Part shown: piece after piece, positions 49,886 through 60,514 of the stretch | How the letters are laid out: each line of letters begins with the position of its first letter | How positions within the stretch are numbered: position 1 is the first letter of the stretch | From: an uncultured bacterium | Lineage (GTDB): Bacteria > Verrucomicrobiota > Verrucomicrobiia > Limisphaerales > UBA8199 | Assembly (NCBI GenBank): GCA_963749495.1 | Contig: CAVVMW010000007.1 | Location: forward strand, 64,001 to 128,000 | Length of the DNA: 64,000 bases | Direction of reading: 5' to 3' | Position numbers and translations under genes: made by a program | The notes under the pieces: generated by a model | Told to the model about the DNA's origin: nothing | The model's database searches: none | Seen by the model: the letters and a program-made list of their open reading frames with translations, nothing else

Positions 49886-52702
49886 ATGAATACTCCTCAA
49901 CTCGCCGTTAAACATCAACTCCTGAACCAAATCGCTCTGGCCGTCATCGCCGCACTGACACTGTTGTGCACCCAGGCAAAAGCCCAGATTGCCGTGGTTG
50001 ATTCAGACTACATGACCATGAGCTACCAGGGAGGAATAACCTCCGCCGCCTTCAGCCAGCCAGCAACCGTCTCCCCGGGAGCAGGCGTGCTGGTCGTCGT
50101 GCTAGCCAACAACGGTGCTGGCCGAATCAGCGCTGAACCAACACAACTGTTTTGGCAGGGGCAGACCGTCAAGAAGGTCGTATCAATTGATAACGTAAAT
50201 TCAGTTTACGGCAACGTCACGATCTATTGCCTCTCCAAGCCCATTGCGGGCACGGGTAATATTACCGGCGCCTATGCGGCCATCCCTACTGACAACTGGG
50301 TCTCGCTTTTCACCCTTGTCGGCGCTAGCACGGTGACTGCCCCCTTGACCGGAACGGCCAACAACGCCAATAATACAACACTCACGTTTAATGTGCCAAA
50401 CATTCTGGACGGCTCTTTCGCTGTGGTGTGCGGGATCTGGTCCGAGGCCGGCGGCAGCGGTCTCGACCTCCAGGCGAGCCGTGGCGCCATGAACCCCCAG
50501 TACGACAGCACGGATGACAACACCGCCGCGGCCATGGGCACCGTGTCAGGACTCTCCGCCGGCGCGGCCTCCTTCACTTACTCGGTCAGCGCGTCTGGCG
50601 GCGCAGCTAAAATGGCCTTCGCCGGCGCCGTCTTCTACCCCGTTTCTTCGGCTCCACTATCGGCGGCGAACTCCGCCATCACCGCCAGTCCGGCCGCCCT
50701 GCCGGCCAACGGCGCGAGCACCGCGACGATCACCGTGCAGGCGGTGGACACCAGCGGGGTGGGAATGGAGGGCAGCGCCGGGACGGCAACCTTGCAGACG
50801 ACGGCGGGCACCTTGAGCAGTGTGACCGACAATCTCGACGGCAGCTACACGGCGATTCTCACCTCCCCCACCATCACCTCCCCCAGCAGCCCTGCAACGG
50901 CCTCGATCACCGGCACCGTCAACGGCAGCGTCATTGGCCATCCCGCCAGCGTCGTGTTCACCCCACAATCCTTCAGTCCAGGTTTCCTTAAACTCGAGGT
51001 CTATCTCAATGCCCCGGGATCCACGGTCACTGATTTGCTGGCCTTTGCCAATTATCCGTCATTCCCGGACGAGGTTCACTACGTGCCTCTGTTTGAAATT
51101 CCTCCCGCCAAATATATCCTCGGCAACTCAGGCGGCATCGCGCTGGGCGAAAGATTGAGCGGTTTCATCGTGCCTGCCGAGACGGCCAACTATGTGTTCT
51201 ACCTGAGCGCCAACGAGGCTGGACAACTCTGGCTATCCACCAACGCCGACCCGGCGGGCCTCCAATTGATCGCGCAGGGTTACGACGATTATCCCGCGTT
51301 AACCTATGATACCAACTGTTCGGCCCCGATCCACCTCGTCGCGGGCCAACGGTATTATGTCCAAGCCGTCGAGAAATCGAACGGGAGTGCGTCCAACGGT
51401 GCAGGGGGTGAGGGTGAAGAATCGATGGCCGTCACCTGGACCAAGCAAAACGAGCCGCCTCCCGCGTACCAGACCGCTCCAATATCGGGCCAGTTCCTGG
51501 CAACGTTCACGGATGCGGACACAACTCCGCCTGCGGCTGTGACCAATTTGGTGATCGACCCCAACACGGTAGGTGTTTCCTGGCTGTGGGCGCAATGGAC
51601 TTCCCCGAGCGAACCCGGCAACACCAACCCGGTGGCCTATTATGATCTCCGCTATTCCACCCAGACCATTACCTCCAACAATTGGGCAAGCGCCACGCCG
51701 GCAGACACGACCTTTTTCTTCGGACAGCCCGCAGGCACCGCGCAGAAGTTCAAGGTCACCGGACTCAATCAGAGCACTACCTATCACTTTGCCATTCGCT
51801 CGACAGACGCGGCCGGCAATGTATCGGAGCTTTCCAACGTCGCAGTGGGGACGACCCTGGCGGTCAGCCTCGGCAGTTTTAATGTGTTATGGGATCTCGA
51901 ATTCAACGTTGCCGGTGCCGATCCGACCGCCGCAGGCGACTGGAGAAACCGGCCAGGCAGCCTTCCCGCCGGAACCACTTGGGCCAACATCGTGACCAAC
52001 GGCTGGCTGACCTGCCTGGCCTGGAACCCGATTTTGGACACGGTGCCCAAGAATGATTTCAACTATCCGTTTATCGTCGAAGAGCGATGTCAATGTCTCA
52101 ACGTGGTCAACATGAGTGGGACGGGGCTAAACGGCGCCAACTTCTTCATCAACATGGATTATCGCAGCGATGGCCAGTTCTCCAAGTTCTCCTTCGCGCT
52201 GGGATTGACCGCCGATGGCACTCAAGAGTTGAATTTTGTGAATTGGACCCCGGATACGTCTACCGCCCTCCTTCTCACCAACTATACCGGCCTGTCGGCC
52301 GACTTCCATGTCATCCGTGTGGCAGTGGATACGGCAAACACGCAGTTCACAGTGTTCATCGATTCCACAAACATGGGGACCCTGACTTATTTCCGGGTAC
52401 CCACCGCAAGTGACGTCGATGCCTATGCCACAATCCTGGGCTGGGCCGCGACTGCCCAGTTTGACTATATTCGGATTGGGACGCCGCTGGCCCCGCCTCC
52501 CCCGCAACTGAACATCACCCGGACTGGCAGTAGTGTGGCTATCTCGTGGCCCACCAACGCGACCGGCTTCACGCTGCAAACGACGGCCAGCCTCGCGCCG
52601 ACAAGCTGGAGCAACGCGGGAAACCCCGTGGTGCAAGGGGATCAGAACGTGTTCACCACCATGGCTACCAATGCCGCCCGGTTCTATCGCCTGAAGCAAT
52701 GA
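49886..52702 (+). CDS. Large secreted protein: invasin-type Ig, PA14, fibronectin III and verrucomicrobial-type C-terminal module
   Basis: Signal peptide; 'LPANGASTATITV..DNLDGSYTA'; 'LSGFIVP..YVFYLSANEAGQLWLS..HLVAGQRYYV'; 'DTTPPAAVTNL..YDLRYS..GLNQSTTYHFAI..DAAGN'; 'ISWP..GFTLQ..FYRL'. Confidence 0.85.
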   Translation: MNTPQLAVKHQLLNQIALAVIAALTLLCTQAKAQIAVVDSDYMTMSYQGGITSAAFSQPATVSPGAGVLVVVLANNGAGRISAEPTQLFWQGQTVKKVVSIDNVNSVYGNVTIYCLSKPIAGTGNITGAYAAIPTDNWVSLFTLVGASTVTAPLTGTANNANNTTLTFNVPNILDGSFAVVCGIWSEAGGSGLDLQASRGAMNPQYDSTDDNTAAAMGTVSGLSAGAASFTYSVSASGGAAKMAFAGAVFYPVSSAPLSAANSAITASPAALPANGASTATITVQAVDTSGVGMEGSAGTATLQTTAGTLSSVTDNLDGSYTAILTSPTITSPSSPATASITGTVNGSVIGHPASVVFTPQSFSPGFLKLEVYLNAPGSTVTDLLAFANYPSFPDEVHYVPLFEIPPAKYILGNSGGIALGERLSGFIVPAETANYVFYLSANEAGQLWLSTNADPAGLQLIAQGYDDYPALTYDTNCSAPIHLVAGQRYYVQAVEKSNGSASNGAGGEGEESMAVTWTKQNEPPPAYQTAPISGQFLATFTDADTTPPAAVTNLVIDPNTVGVSWLWAQWTSPSEPGNTNPVAYYDLRYSTQTITSNNWASATPADTTFFFGQPAGTAQKFKVTGLNQSTTYHFAIRSTDAAGNVSELSNVAVGTTLAVSLGSFNVLWDLEFNVAGADPTAAGDWRNRPGSLPAGTTWANIVTNGWLTCLAWNPILDTVPKNDFNYPFIVEERCQCLNVVNMSGTGLNGANFFINMDYRSDGQFSKFSFALGLTADGTQELNFVNWTPDTSTALLLTNYTGLSADFHVIRVAVDTANTQFTVFIDSTNMGTLTYFRVPTASDVDAYATILGWAATAQFDYIRIGTPLAPPPPQLNITRTGSSVAISWPTNATGFTLQTTASLAPTSWSNAGNPVVQGDQNVFTTMATNAARFYRLKQ

Positions 52703-52904
52703 GCCGTCCTGCGAGTGTTCGGTAACTGGGACGCGTGAGATGAGGGTGGCAATCGTCTTGCCACCCTCCTTGATTTGCGGGCAAGCCCAAGCCCTTCGGC
52801 ACCACCGGCTGAAGCACGAACTTTGCCGGTCTCCCCACGGCGCTGCGGAGTCCACAGGTCCAGACCAGCGATGCCAGCTTCGGGGTGTGGACCAATCAAA
52901 AAAA

Positions 52905-53076
52905 TGCGAAGATCAAGTTCACCATTCCGGGCCTGGGCAAGCTGGTCCTGGTGAATCGCAAGGCTCGCATGGGCCGCAACCCTGCAACGGGCGAAACCAT
53001 CAAGATCCCTGCCAAGCGAGTCGTGAAGTTTCGTATCGCCAAAGCAGCCAAAGACGCGATCCTGGGCACGAAGTAG
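52905..53076 (+). pseudogene. HU-family DNA-binding protein, C-terminal half only
   Basis: 'FTIPGLGKLVLVNRKARMGRNPATGETIKIPAKRVVKFRIAKAAKD'; N-terminal helices absent. Confidence 0.8.
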
Positions 53077-53465
53077 CTCGAATTGGCATCAGAGGAACAA
53101 GAAGTGCCGAGACCCGTCAAAAGGCCCGCGAAAAGATTGTGGTTGACGCCTTCTTTGATTTGTCATGAACTTGCGCTAATCGTGGATTAGAGATCAGCAA
53201 GTGGCCATCAGGGTCTGTTGGTTTGGTGGCGATGTGGTTGGGTGGCGAGTTCGTTATGACATTGGCGGCGGGAATTGCGAGAGCGGCTTCGGGCGAGCAT
53301 GCATCGCCCCAGTTCGTCTTTCCCGGCCGTGGGTGTCCGGCACGAGGGCGCGCCGGACAGGGCCTGGGGCAGATGCGCTCCCCAAGCAAGGCAACGGCTC
53401 TCCGCCAGGAAATCCGTGTTCAATCCGCGCCCATCCGCATTGAAAGAATTGGAGAAAGGAAATCC

Positions 53466-56447
53466 GTGAGAACAAAGCATCTCATTCAAATCGCAGCCGT
53501 GTTGCTGCTCTCAACCCTCAGCCTTCAACTCTCTACCGCCTTCGCCTCTACGAATCGTGTCGGCGTCATTACGGCAACATACACCATGACGGCCAGCGGC
53601 ACGGGCGAGTGGGACTGGGGCAACTCCACGATTGGATATAGCGGCAACGATCAGCTCCAGATTCAGCTTAGCGGTATTGTAAAATACGTAGTGCTAGGGA
53701 CCGAAACCAATTTGATTATCGGAAATCTGCTCAATTCAACTGGCCAGGAGTCCGCTTCGGGAAGCTATGTGCAAGACGATTGGGATTACACCCCTCCACC
53801 GGGGGCGTCACACCATGAGGGCGCCTACCTCGCCGATCCCAATTTCAATCCGACAAATGTTTGTTTGATCAAGCCCTCGGACGCTTTGGGCCAAGCCGTG
53901 GGAACGGGCCAATTCCTCGGAACCTGCGAGAGGGCTGCGTGGGGCGGAATCTGGGAAGGCACATTTGGTGTGAACGACGACGGTTCGGGGGAGCTGCGAT
54001 CAATATCCTCCGTATGACGCTTATGGCGGGTGGGATTGCACCGTGCATGGCGAGTATGAGGTTCGAGATTTCCAGTTTGCCATCACAAATGCCGCGGTGC
54101 ATTGGACCCAATCCTTGACGACCAATGTGGCGCTGAATTATCCCCTTGCTGAATCCGACGGCTCCGCGTCGGCCAGCGGCACGGCCAACAACACCATCAC
54201 GCTGGAATATGTTCCCGACCAACTGACCGTCCCGTTCAGCGCCGACCCGACCAACGGCCTGGTCCCGCTGACGGTTCAATTCAGTTCGGCCGGCGTGGAC
54301 AGCGGGGGCAGCACCATCGCTAGTTGGAACTGGAATTTTGGCGACGGCACGAACGGCACAGGACAATATCCATCGCACACCTACACCAACACCGGAACGC
54401 TTTCCAACAGCGGGACGTTTTCGGTCACGCTCGTCGCCACCAACGTCAACGGCACAGCGGTCCAGGGCATCGGCTCCTCCAACATTACGGTGTCGCTGCC
54501 GACGGTGCAGTTCACCGTTACGCCGACCAACGGCTTCATGCCGCTGTCTGTTGTTTTCACCTGCCCGGCTGTGGACAGCGCCGACAACCTCATCGTCAGT
54601 TGGAGCTGGAATTTTGGCGACGGCACGAGCTTCGCTGATCAGAGTCCGGATCAGCCGGTGTCGATCAATCATATTTACGCCCAAGCCAAGACGTTTGCGA
54701 CGAAGCTCACGGTGACCAATATCTGGGGCACGCAGATCACCGCCAACGGCCCGAAGGTTGTCGTGTCGCTCCCGCCGATCTTTTTCACCGCCAGCCCGAC
54801 CAACGGCCTGGTGCCGATGCCGGTTCAATTTAGCGGGCCGGGCAAGGACAGCCAGGGCTACGCCATCACCAATTGGAACTGGGATTTCGGCGACGGCTCA
54901 ACCGGCTCGGGGCAAAATCCGGCGCACACCTACACCCGCACCTGCGTTTTTTCGCCGGCGCTGGTGGTGACGAACAATCACGGCGCAGGCATCGTCGCCT
55001 TTGGCCCGAAAATTTCGGCGGGGTGTTCGAGCGTCCATACGTTTGGCGGCGGCGGCGTGGGATTTGATCCTGCCAGAGGCGGCATGACCAACAGCGACGG
55101 GATTCATCCCCAGGGATTGATGCTGAGCGGTCACCGGCTGTACGGCGTGATGTCGGGCGGTGGCAACGGCGGCTCCGGAACGATCTTCGCGGTCAATACC
55201 GACGGCTCCGGCTTCACCAACCTCTACAACTTCAGTGCGTTGGCGATGGGCTGGTACACGAACAGCGATGGGGCCTGGCCGCAAGCGCCCCTGGTGCTGT
55301 CCGGCGACACGCTCTACGGTGCAGCTCCAGCCGGGGGCACCGGCAGCATGGGTGGCGGCACCCTGTTCAAGATCGGCACCGATGGTTCAGGCTTAACAAC
55401 CCTCTTTAACTTCTCCAATGGCAGCACCAACGGCTCCATGCCCAACGGCTTGGTCCTGTCCGTCGGCGCCCTCTACGGAACGGCCCAGTCTGGCGGCCAA
55501 GGGTTTAGCGGAACCGTGTTCAAGCTCAACACCGACGGTTCGGGCTTCGCCCTGCTCCACTCTTTCGATGCCACTTCCGGTGATCCTTCCAGTGGGAACT
55601 ACACCAACGATGACGGAGCATACCCGCAGGCGCCCCTGCTGCTGGCCGGCAACAGCCTCTATGGGACAACGATGCACGGTGGCGCTTCCGGAGGCGGCAC
55701 CTTGTTCAAGCTCAACACGGACGGCTCGGGCTTCACCGTGCTCCATACTTTCACGAACAGCGACGGACTCCAACCGGGGGGGAACTGCTTTTGGCTGGCA
55801 GCACACTGTATGGGACGGCCGCCGCAGGCGGCAGTGGACATGATGGCACGGTGTTCAAGCTCAATGCCGACGGCTCGGGTTTCACCACGATTTACTCCTT
55901 TACCGCCACTTCCGCCGACCCTTCAAGCGGGAGCTACACCAACGGCGACGGGGCCCAGCCGCAAGGGGGCGTGATCTTGTCCGGCGGGATGCTGTATGGG
56001 ACGACGCAGACGGGCGGTAATGGCGGCTCGGGAACGATCTTCGAGGTCAACACTAATGGCACGGGCTTCGCCACTCTTTACAGTTTCAGCGCGCTTGACC
56101 CCAGCACCAGGACTAACTTTGACGGGGCCAATCCCTGTGCGGGGTTGGTGCTGTCGGACGGCAACTTGTGTGCAACGACCTTCAACGGCGGCAGCGCGGG
56201 CGATGGGGCGCTCTTTGCGTTGAGCCTCCTCTCCGCTCCCATTCCGCTGAACGTGCAGTTCAGGGGCCATGCTGTGGTCCTCTTCTGGCCCTCAGTTTCG
56301 ACCGGTTTGAGGTTGGAACAGAATTCAAATCTGGCGACGACGAATTGGAGCCCCAGCAGCTTGCCCATTTCCGACGATGGCACGAACAAGAGCGTCACGA
56401 TTCCATCGCCGGCGGGAAGTTTGTTCTTCCGCCTAGCCAATCCCTGA
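53466..56447 (+). pseudogene. Secreted protein with three PKD domains, GloVer-type tandem repeats and C-terminal module; frameshifts near 54010 and 55780
   Basis: 'WNWNFGDG' x3; repeated 'LYG...GG..GTLFKLNTDGSGFT.LH.F...DG..P'; ends 'LFWP..LEQN..FFRL'; second shift sits in a G7 run. Confidence 0.8.
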
Positions 56448-56608
56448 AACGCGTGAAGCAAAGTACCTGTCACCTGAAGCCTGACGTGCTCGGTCAGATG
56501 CACACATTACAAAACTAAAGGACTTAGTGGACACCACATTAGCGGGGATCCGGGCGCCCTATTCCCCAGAGGGACAAAAGGGACTCAAGGGACCCCAAGG
56601 GACTGGCT

Positions 56609-59600
56609 TCAGGGCTTGCCTGCTTCGGTGGCCCCGGCGCGTTCCAGGGCCGTCTCCCGGTTCTTGCGCAAATCGAGTTTGCCGGTGCCGAGATAGGCGA
56701 AGGCCTCGATATGGAAGAACTGGTCGGGGCGGGGTTTCCACAGGTTGGGCAAGTCGCACTGGGGGAGTTTTTCGAGGCACTTCTGCAGTTGGGCCGCGGG
56801 CAACTTGTGCAAGACTGCCAGGCGTTCCCCCTTTTTCTCGTCCGGCACGCCGGTGACGAAAAAGCTTTGTTCGGTGGCGCCCGCCAGTTCGTGGAGTTTC
56901 TCCTCGACTTTGATGTGCGGGACCATCTCGCCGCCGATCTTGCTGAAGCGGTTCAGGCGGTCGGTGATCTGGAGGAAGCCGTCCTCGTCGAGGGCGGCGA
57001 TGTCGCCGGTGGCATACCAGCCCTGGACGAGGACCTCGCCGGTTTTGTCGGGGCGTCCGAGGTAGCCCTGCATGACGTTGGGTCCGCGGACCCGCAGCAG
57101 GCCGGGCTGGCCGATGGGCACGGGTTGCAAGGTCTCGGGCTGGACGATGCTCACGGAGATTCCCGGCAGCGGATGGCCGATCTTGCCGCGCTTGGAGCCG
57201 ACCTGGCGGAAGCCGGCGGAGCGGAAGTCATGGGTGTTGACGGCGACCGCGGGGCCGCACTCGGTGCAGCCGTAGCCTTCGAGGGGCCGGATGCCGAAGT
57301 GGTCCTCGAAGGCGCTGGCCAGGCGCTCGGGCAGTTTCTCCGCCCCGGTCATGACCACGCGCAGGCTGCCGAAATCTTCCGCTGCGCAGCCGCGCACGTA
57401 CAACTGCAGGAAGGTCGGTGTCGCCAACAGGAACGTGAGGGCGTAACGGCTGACCAGCGGGCCAATCGCCTTGGCGTCGAGCGGGTTTGGATAAAAGACG
57501 ACCCGCACCCCGAGCACCGCCGGCAACCAGAGCGTGCCGGTAAACCCGAAGGAATGGAAAAAGGGCAGTATCCCCAGCATCCCGTCCTTGGCGGTCAACC
57601 CGAAGATCTGCTCGAGCTGTTGGATGTTCGAGCCGATGTTGTAGTGGCTGAGCATCACGCCCTTGGGGTCGCCGGTGCTGCCGCTGGAGAAAATGACCGT
57701 GGCCAGGTCGTCCAACTCGGGTCTCTTGCGGCACCCCAACGCGCGCTCCAGCAGGCGGGCCGGGGCCAGCCAGGCCAGGCAGAGGGCCGCCAGCTTCTCC
57801 CACGGACCGGGCCGCGTCTCGGGCTTGCCGACGAGGTCTTCGAGCAGCACCACTTCGCCCGGGGGCTTGAGCTTGAGCTTGTCAAGGAAGGCGCGCGAGG
57901 TCACCACGGTGCGGATGTCGCATTGGCGGGTGCAGGAGGCGAGGGCCTCTTCCGAGACGGTGTAATTGAGGTTCACAGGCACTTTGCCGGCCAGCAGGGC
58001 GGCGAGATTCACCAGCGCGCCGGGCACCGAGGGCGGCAGGAGCAGCCCGACCATCCTCTGGCCGGCCCAGACCGGCTTGAGCCGCCGGGCCAGGAAGACC
58101 GCGCGTGTCAGCGCCGAACCGAAGCTCAGGCGGGCCGTCTGCGCATCGCTCATGGCCAGGCGAAACGGGCGATGGCGGGCGGTCCGAACGAAGGCGCGGT
58201 GAAGGGGCTGCATCGAGCCCCGGCGCCGCTGCCAGGCCTCGGCCATCAACTCCTGCACCGCCTGGCGGACCTCGACGGGCGTGGCGGCGTGCGGCAGCGG
58301 ACGGCCGTAGTTGATCGTCACCGGGTAGGGGATGCGCCGGGGCAGCTTCCACAAAAAGCGCCCCTTTTCAAAACTGAAGATGCTGCCCCAAACCCCGTCC
58401 AGCGCAATCGGGATGATCGGCGCTTCGACATCTTTCATGATGCGCTCGAAACCGCGCCGGAAGGGGAGCATGTGCCCGATGCGCGTGATCTGGCCCTCGG
58501 CAAAGATGCAGACGACCTCGCCGTTGCGGATGGCGTCGCTGGCGGTGCGCAGGGAGTGGAGCATCTCGCGCGGGCGCAGTTCGGAGGAGATCGGAATGGC
58601 CCGCAGGATGCGCGCCAGCGGCTTGATCCAGCGGCGCTCGTAAAAGCCCTTGTACATGATGAACCGGATGTCCCGGTCGGTCGAGGCGATCAGCAGCAAC
58701 GCATCCACCAGCGAGAGATGATTGCAGACGAACAGGGCGCCGCCTTTGGCGGGGATGTTGTCGCGGCCCAGGACGCGGATGCTGTAGATCGTGCGCGTGA
58801 GCACCCAGAGAACGAAGCGGAGCATGGCATCGGGCAGCAGCTTGACGACGTAGATCGCGCTGGCCAGGGTGAGGACACCGCAGAAGAGGAAGACCTGCCG
58901 CGACCCCCAATGGAACAGAGTGGTCAGCACGTAATGCGCGCCCGAGGCCAGGAGCATGCCCGCGAACGAGAGCAGGTTGGCCGCCGCCAGCATCTCGCCC
59001 TTCTTGTCCTTGTCGGGCCGGTGCTGGAGCAGGGCGGAGATGGGCACAATGAAAAACCCGCCCGCGAAACCCAGCAGCGCCAGGCAGACCATGGCCGACA
59101 TAAGCGACATCCCGTGAAGCGCGAGCAAGGCCGAGAGAATCGAGAGCCCCACCGCCCCCAGGGGCACCAGGCCGTATTCGATCTTGCCCCCGGACAGGTA
59201 GCCCGCCGCCACGCTGCCCAGCCCGATGCCCAGGGCCATCGCGGCGCTCAGAAAACCGAATTGCTTCTTGCCGACCTGCAGGACGTAGATGCTGTAAAAG
59301 AACAGGTTCAACTGGACCAGCGCCCCGACAAAGGTGAAGTAGATGTTGCCCAGGGCCGCCAGGAACAAGGGGCGGTCCCGGCGCATGGCCTGAACGCGCG
59401 CCCAAAGGTCGCCCGCAAAATTCGGGCGGAACGCTCTGGCCGGGTCGGCGGCGCCGACGCGGGTGATGGTGAGGCTGGTGCTCAAGCCGACGAAGGCCAG
59501 TGCGATGAGGATTATGCCGGCATAGCCCAGATGACCCTGGAAGCGCTCGGACATGTCGGCCGCGGCGACGGTGCCCAGGATGATGGCGACGAAGGTGCCC

Positions 59601-60121
59601 AACTCGATCATGCCGTTGCCCCAGGAGAGGCGTTTCTCGGGCAGCAATTCCGGCAGCAGGCCGTATTTGGACGGGCCAAAAAAGGCGCTGTGCGTGCCCA
59701 TCAGGAACACCCCCGCCACCAGGAGGGGCAACTGGTGTCCCACCAGCGCGGCCAACACCATGGTCATCACCCCCACCTCGAAGACCTTCACGCAGATCGT
59801 GACCGTGCGTTTGCTGTAGCGGTCGGCCAGGTAGCCCCCGGCCATCGAGAAGATGAGGAAGGGCGTGGCAAAGAGCGCGTTGACCAATTCCGTGATGCGA
59901 TGCTCCGTGGCGAGCGTGAAGCCCGCCCCCAGGCTCATGAGGATGACGAGGTTCTTCAGGATGTTGTCGCTAAAGGCGCCCTGGAACTGCGTGACGAACA
60001 GGCTCCAGAATCCGCCCAAGCCAGCCTGGGCGGCTTCCGGTCTCTCGGAGACCATTGCGGCCGGCTCGGTCTGAAGGATGGTTTGCATCGGATCGCGTCC
60101 GGGTTCAGGTGGTGTGGTCAA
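56609..60121 (-). CDS. aas: MFS (LplT-like) + acyltransferase + acyl-ACP synthetase fusion (acyl-[ACP]-phospholipid O-acyltransferase)
   Basis: 'QFQGAFSDN', 'FFGPSKYG', PlsC 'CNHLSLVD', 'FAEGQI', AMP-binding 'FSSGSTGDPKG', 'EGYGCTE', 'TGD', 'KIGGEMV'. Confidence 0.9.
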   Translation of the reverse strand: MTTPPEPGRDPMQTILQTEPAAMVSERPEAAQAGLGGFWSLFVTQFQGAFSDNILKNLVILMSLGAGFTLATEHRITELVNALFATPFLIFSMAGGYLADRYSKRTVTICVKVFEVGVMTMVLAALVGHQLPLLVAGVFLMGTHSAFFGPSKYGLLPELLPEKRLSWGNGMIELGTFVAIILGTVAAADMSERFQGHLGYAGIILIALAFVGLSTSLTITRVGAADPARAFRPNFAGDLWARVQAMRRDRPLFLAALGNIYFTFVGALVQLNLFFYSIYVLQVGKKQFGFLSAAMALGIGLGSVAAGYLSGGKIEYGLVPLGAVGLSILSALLALHGMSLMSAMVCLALLGFAGGFFIVPISALLQHRPDKDKKGEMLAAANLLSFAGMLLASGAHYVLTTLFHWGSRQVFLFCGVLTLASAIYVVKLLPDAMLRFVLWVLTRTIYSIRVLGRDNIPAKGGALFVCNHLSLVDALLLIASTDRDIRFIMYKGFYERRWIKPLARILRAIPISSELRPREMLHSLRTASDAIRNGEVVCIFAEGQITRIGHMLPFRRGFERIMKDVEAPIIPIALDGVWGSIFSFEKGRFLWKLPRRIPYPVTINYGRPLPHAATPVEVRQAVQELMAEAWQRRRGSMQPLHRAFVRTARHRPFRLAMSDAQTARLSFGSALTRAVFLARRLKPVWAGQRMVGLLLPPSVPGALVNLAALLAGKVPVNLNYTVSEEALASCTRQCDIRTVVTSRAFLDKLKLKPPGEVVLLEDLVGKPETRPGPWEKLAALCLAWLAPARLLERALGCRKRPELDDLATVIFSSGSTGDPKGVMLSHYNIGSNIQQLEQIFGLTAKDGMLGILPFFHSFGFTGTLWLPAVLGVRVVFYPNPLDAKAIGPLVSRYALTFLLATPTFLQLYVRGCAAEDFGSLRVVMTGAEKLPERLASAFEDHFGIRPLEGYGCTECGPAVAVNTHDFRSAGFRQVGSKRGKIGHPLPGISVSIVQPETLQPVPIGQPGLLRVRGPNVMQGYLGRPDKTGEVLVQGWYATGDIAALDEDGFLQITDRLNRFSKIGGEMVPHIKVEEKLHELAGATEQSFFVTGVPDEKKGERLAVLHKLPAAQLQKCLEKLPQCDLPNLWKPRPDQFFHIEAFAYLGTGKLDLRKNRETALERAGATEAGKP

Positions 60122-60230
60122 TGGCCGGACTCTAGCCTAGCTTCGGTGCAAAACGCCAATTGATAAATTTGGGGACAACATCAAGTAAAGCGATTATATC
60201 GAATCCTGCCCCATAGGAGGCGAAGCCATC

Positions 60231-60460
60231 AGGCGTCGCTACGCGACGCGTGCGCTGCGTCCGGGTCACCGCGTAGCGGTGGCCGATGGTAGCCGTGGAC
60301 TTCCAGTCCACGGACCCATGGCCCGAGCTCGCCCGCGTCGCGTAGCGACGCCTGAAAACCGTAACGCTGTCAGGCGTCGCTATGCGACGCGGGAGCCTTC
60401 CCACGCCCGAAACCGTGGACCGAGGTCCACGGCTACCTTCATCGCGTCGCTCCGCGACGC
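60231..60460. repeat. Cluster of REP-like palindromes, family C
   Basis: CGTCGCTACGCGACG and inverse, CCGTGGAC..GTCCACGG repeated twice. Confidence 0.75.
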
Positions 60461-60514
60461 ACACGCTCCCCACGCTCTCACCCTCGCCGCTCCAGGCGCC
60501 CACGCTCCCGCCCC

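Noticed and set aside
55776..55782. G7 run as a phase-variation switch
   Set aside because: Short homopolymer, equally explained by a sequencing indel or decay, and the gene has a second frameshift
56711..60163. 1150-aa + strand ORF (also 46851-48803, 7817-9199, 9233-10903, 25537-26979, 29909-31570, 1946-3499)
   Set aside because: Antisense shadows of well-supported genes in high-GC DNA; no recognisable motifs
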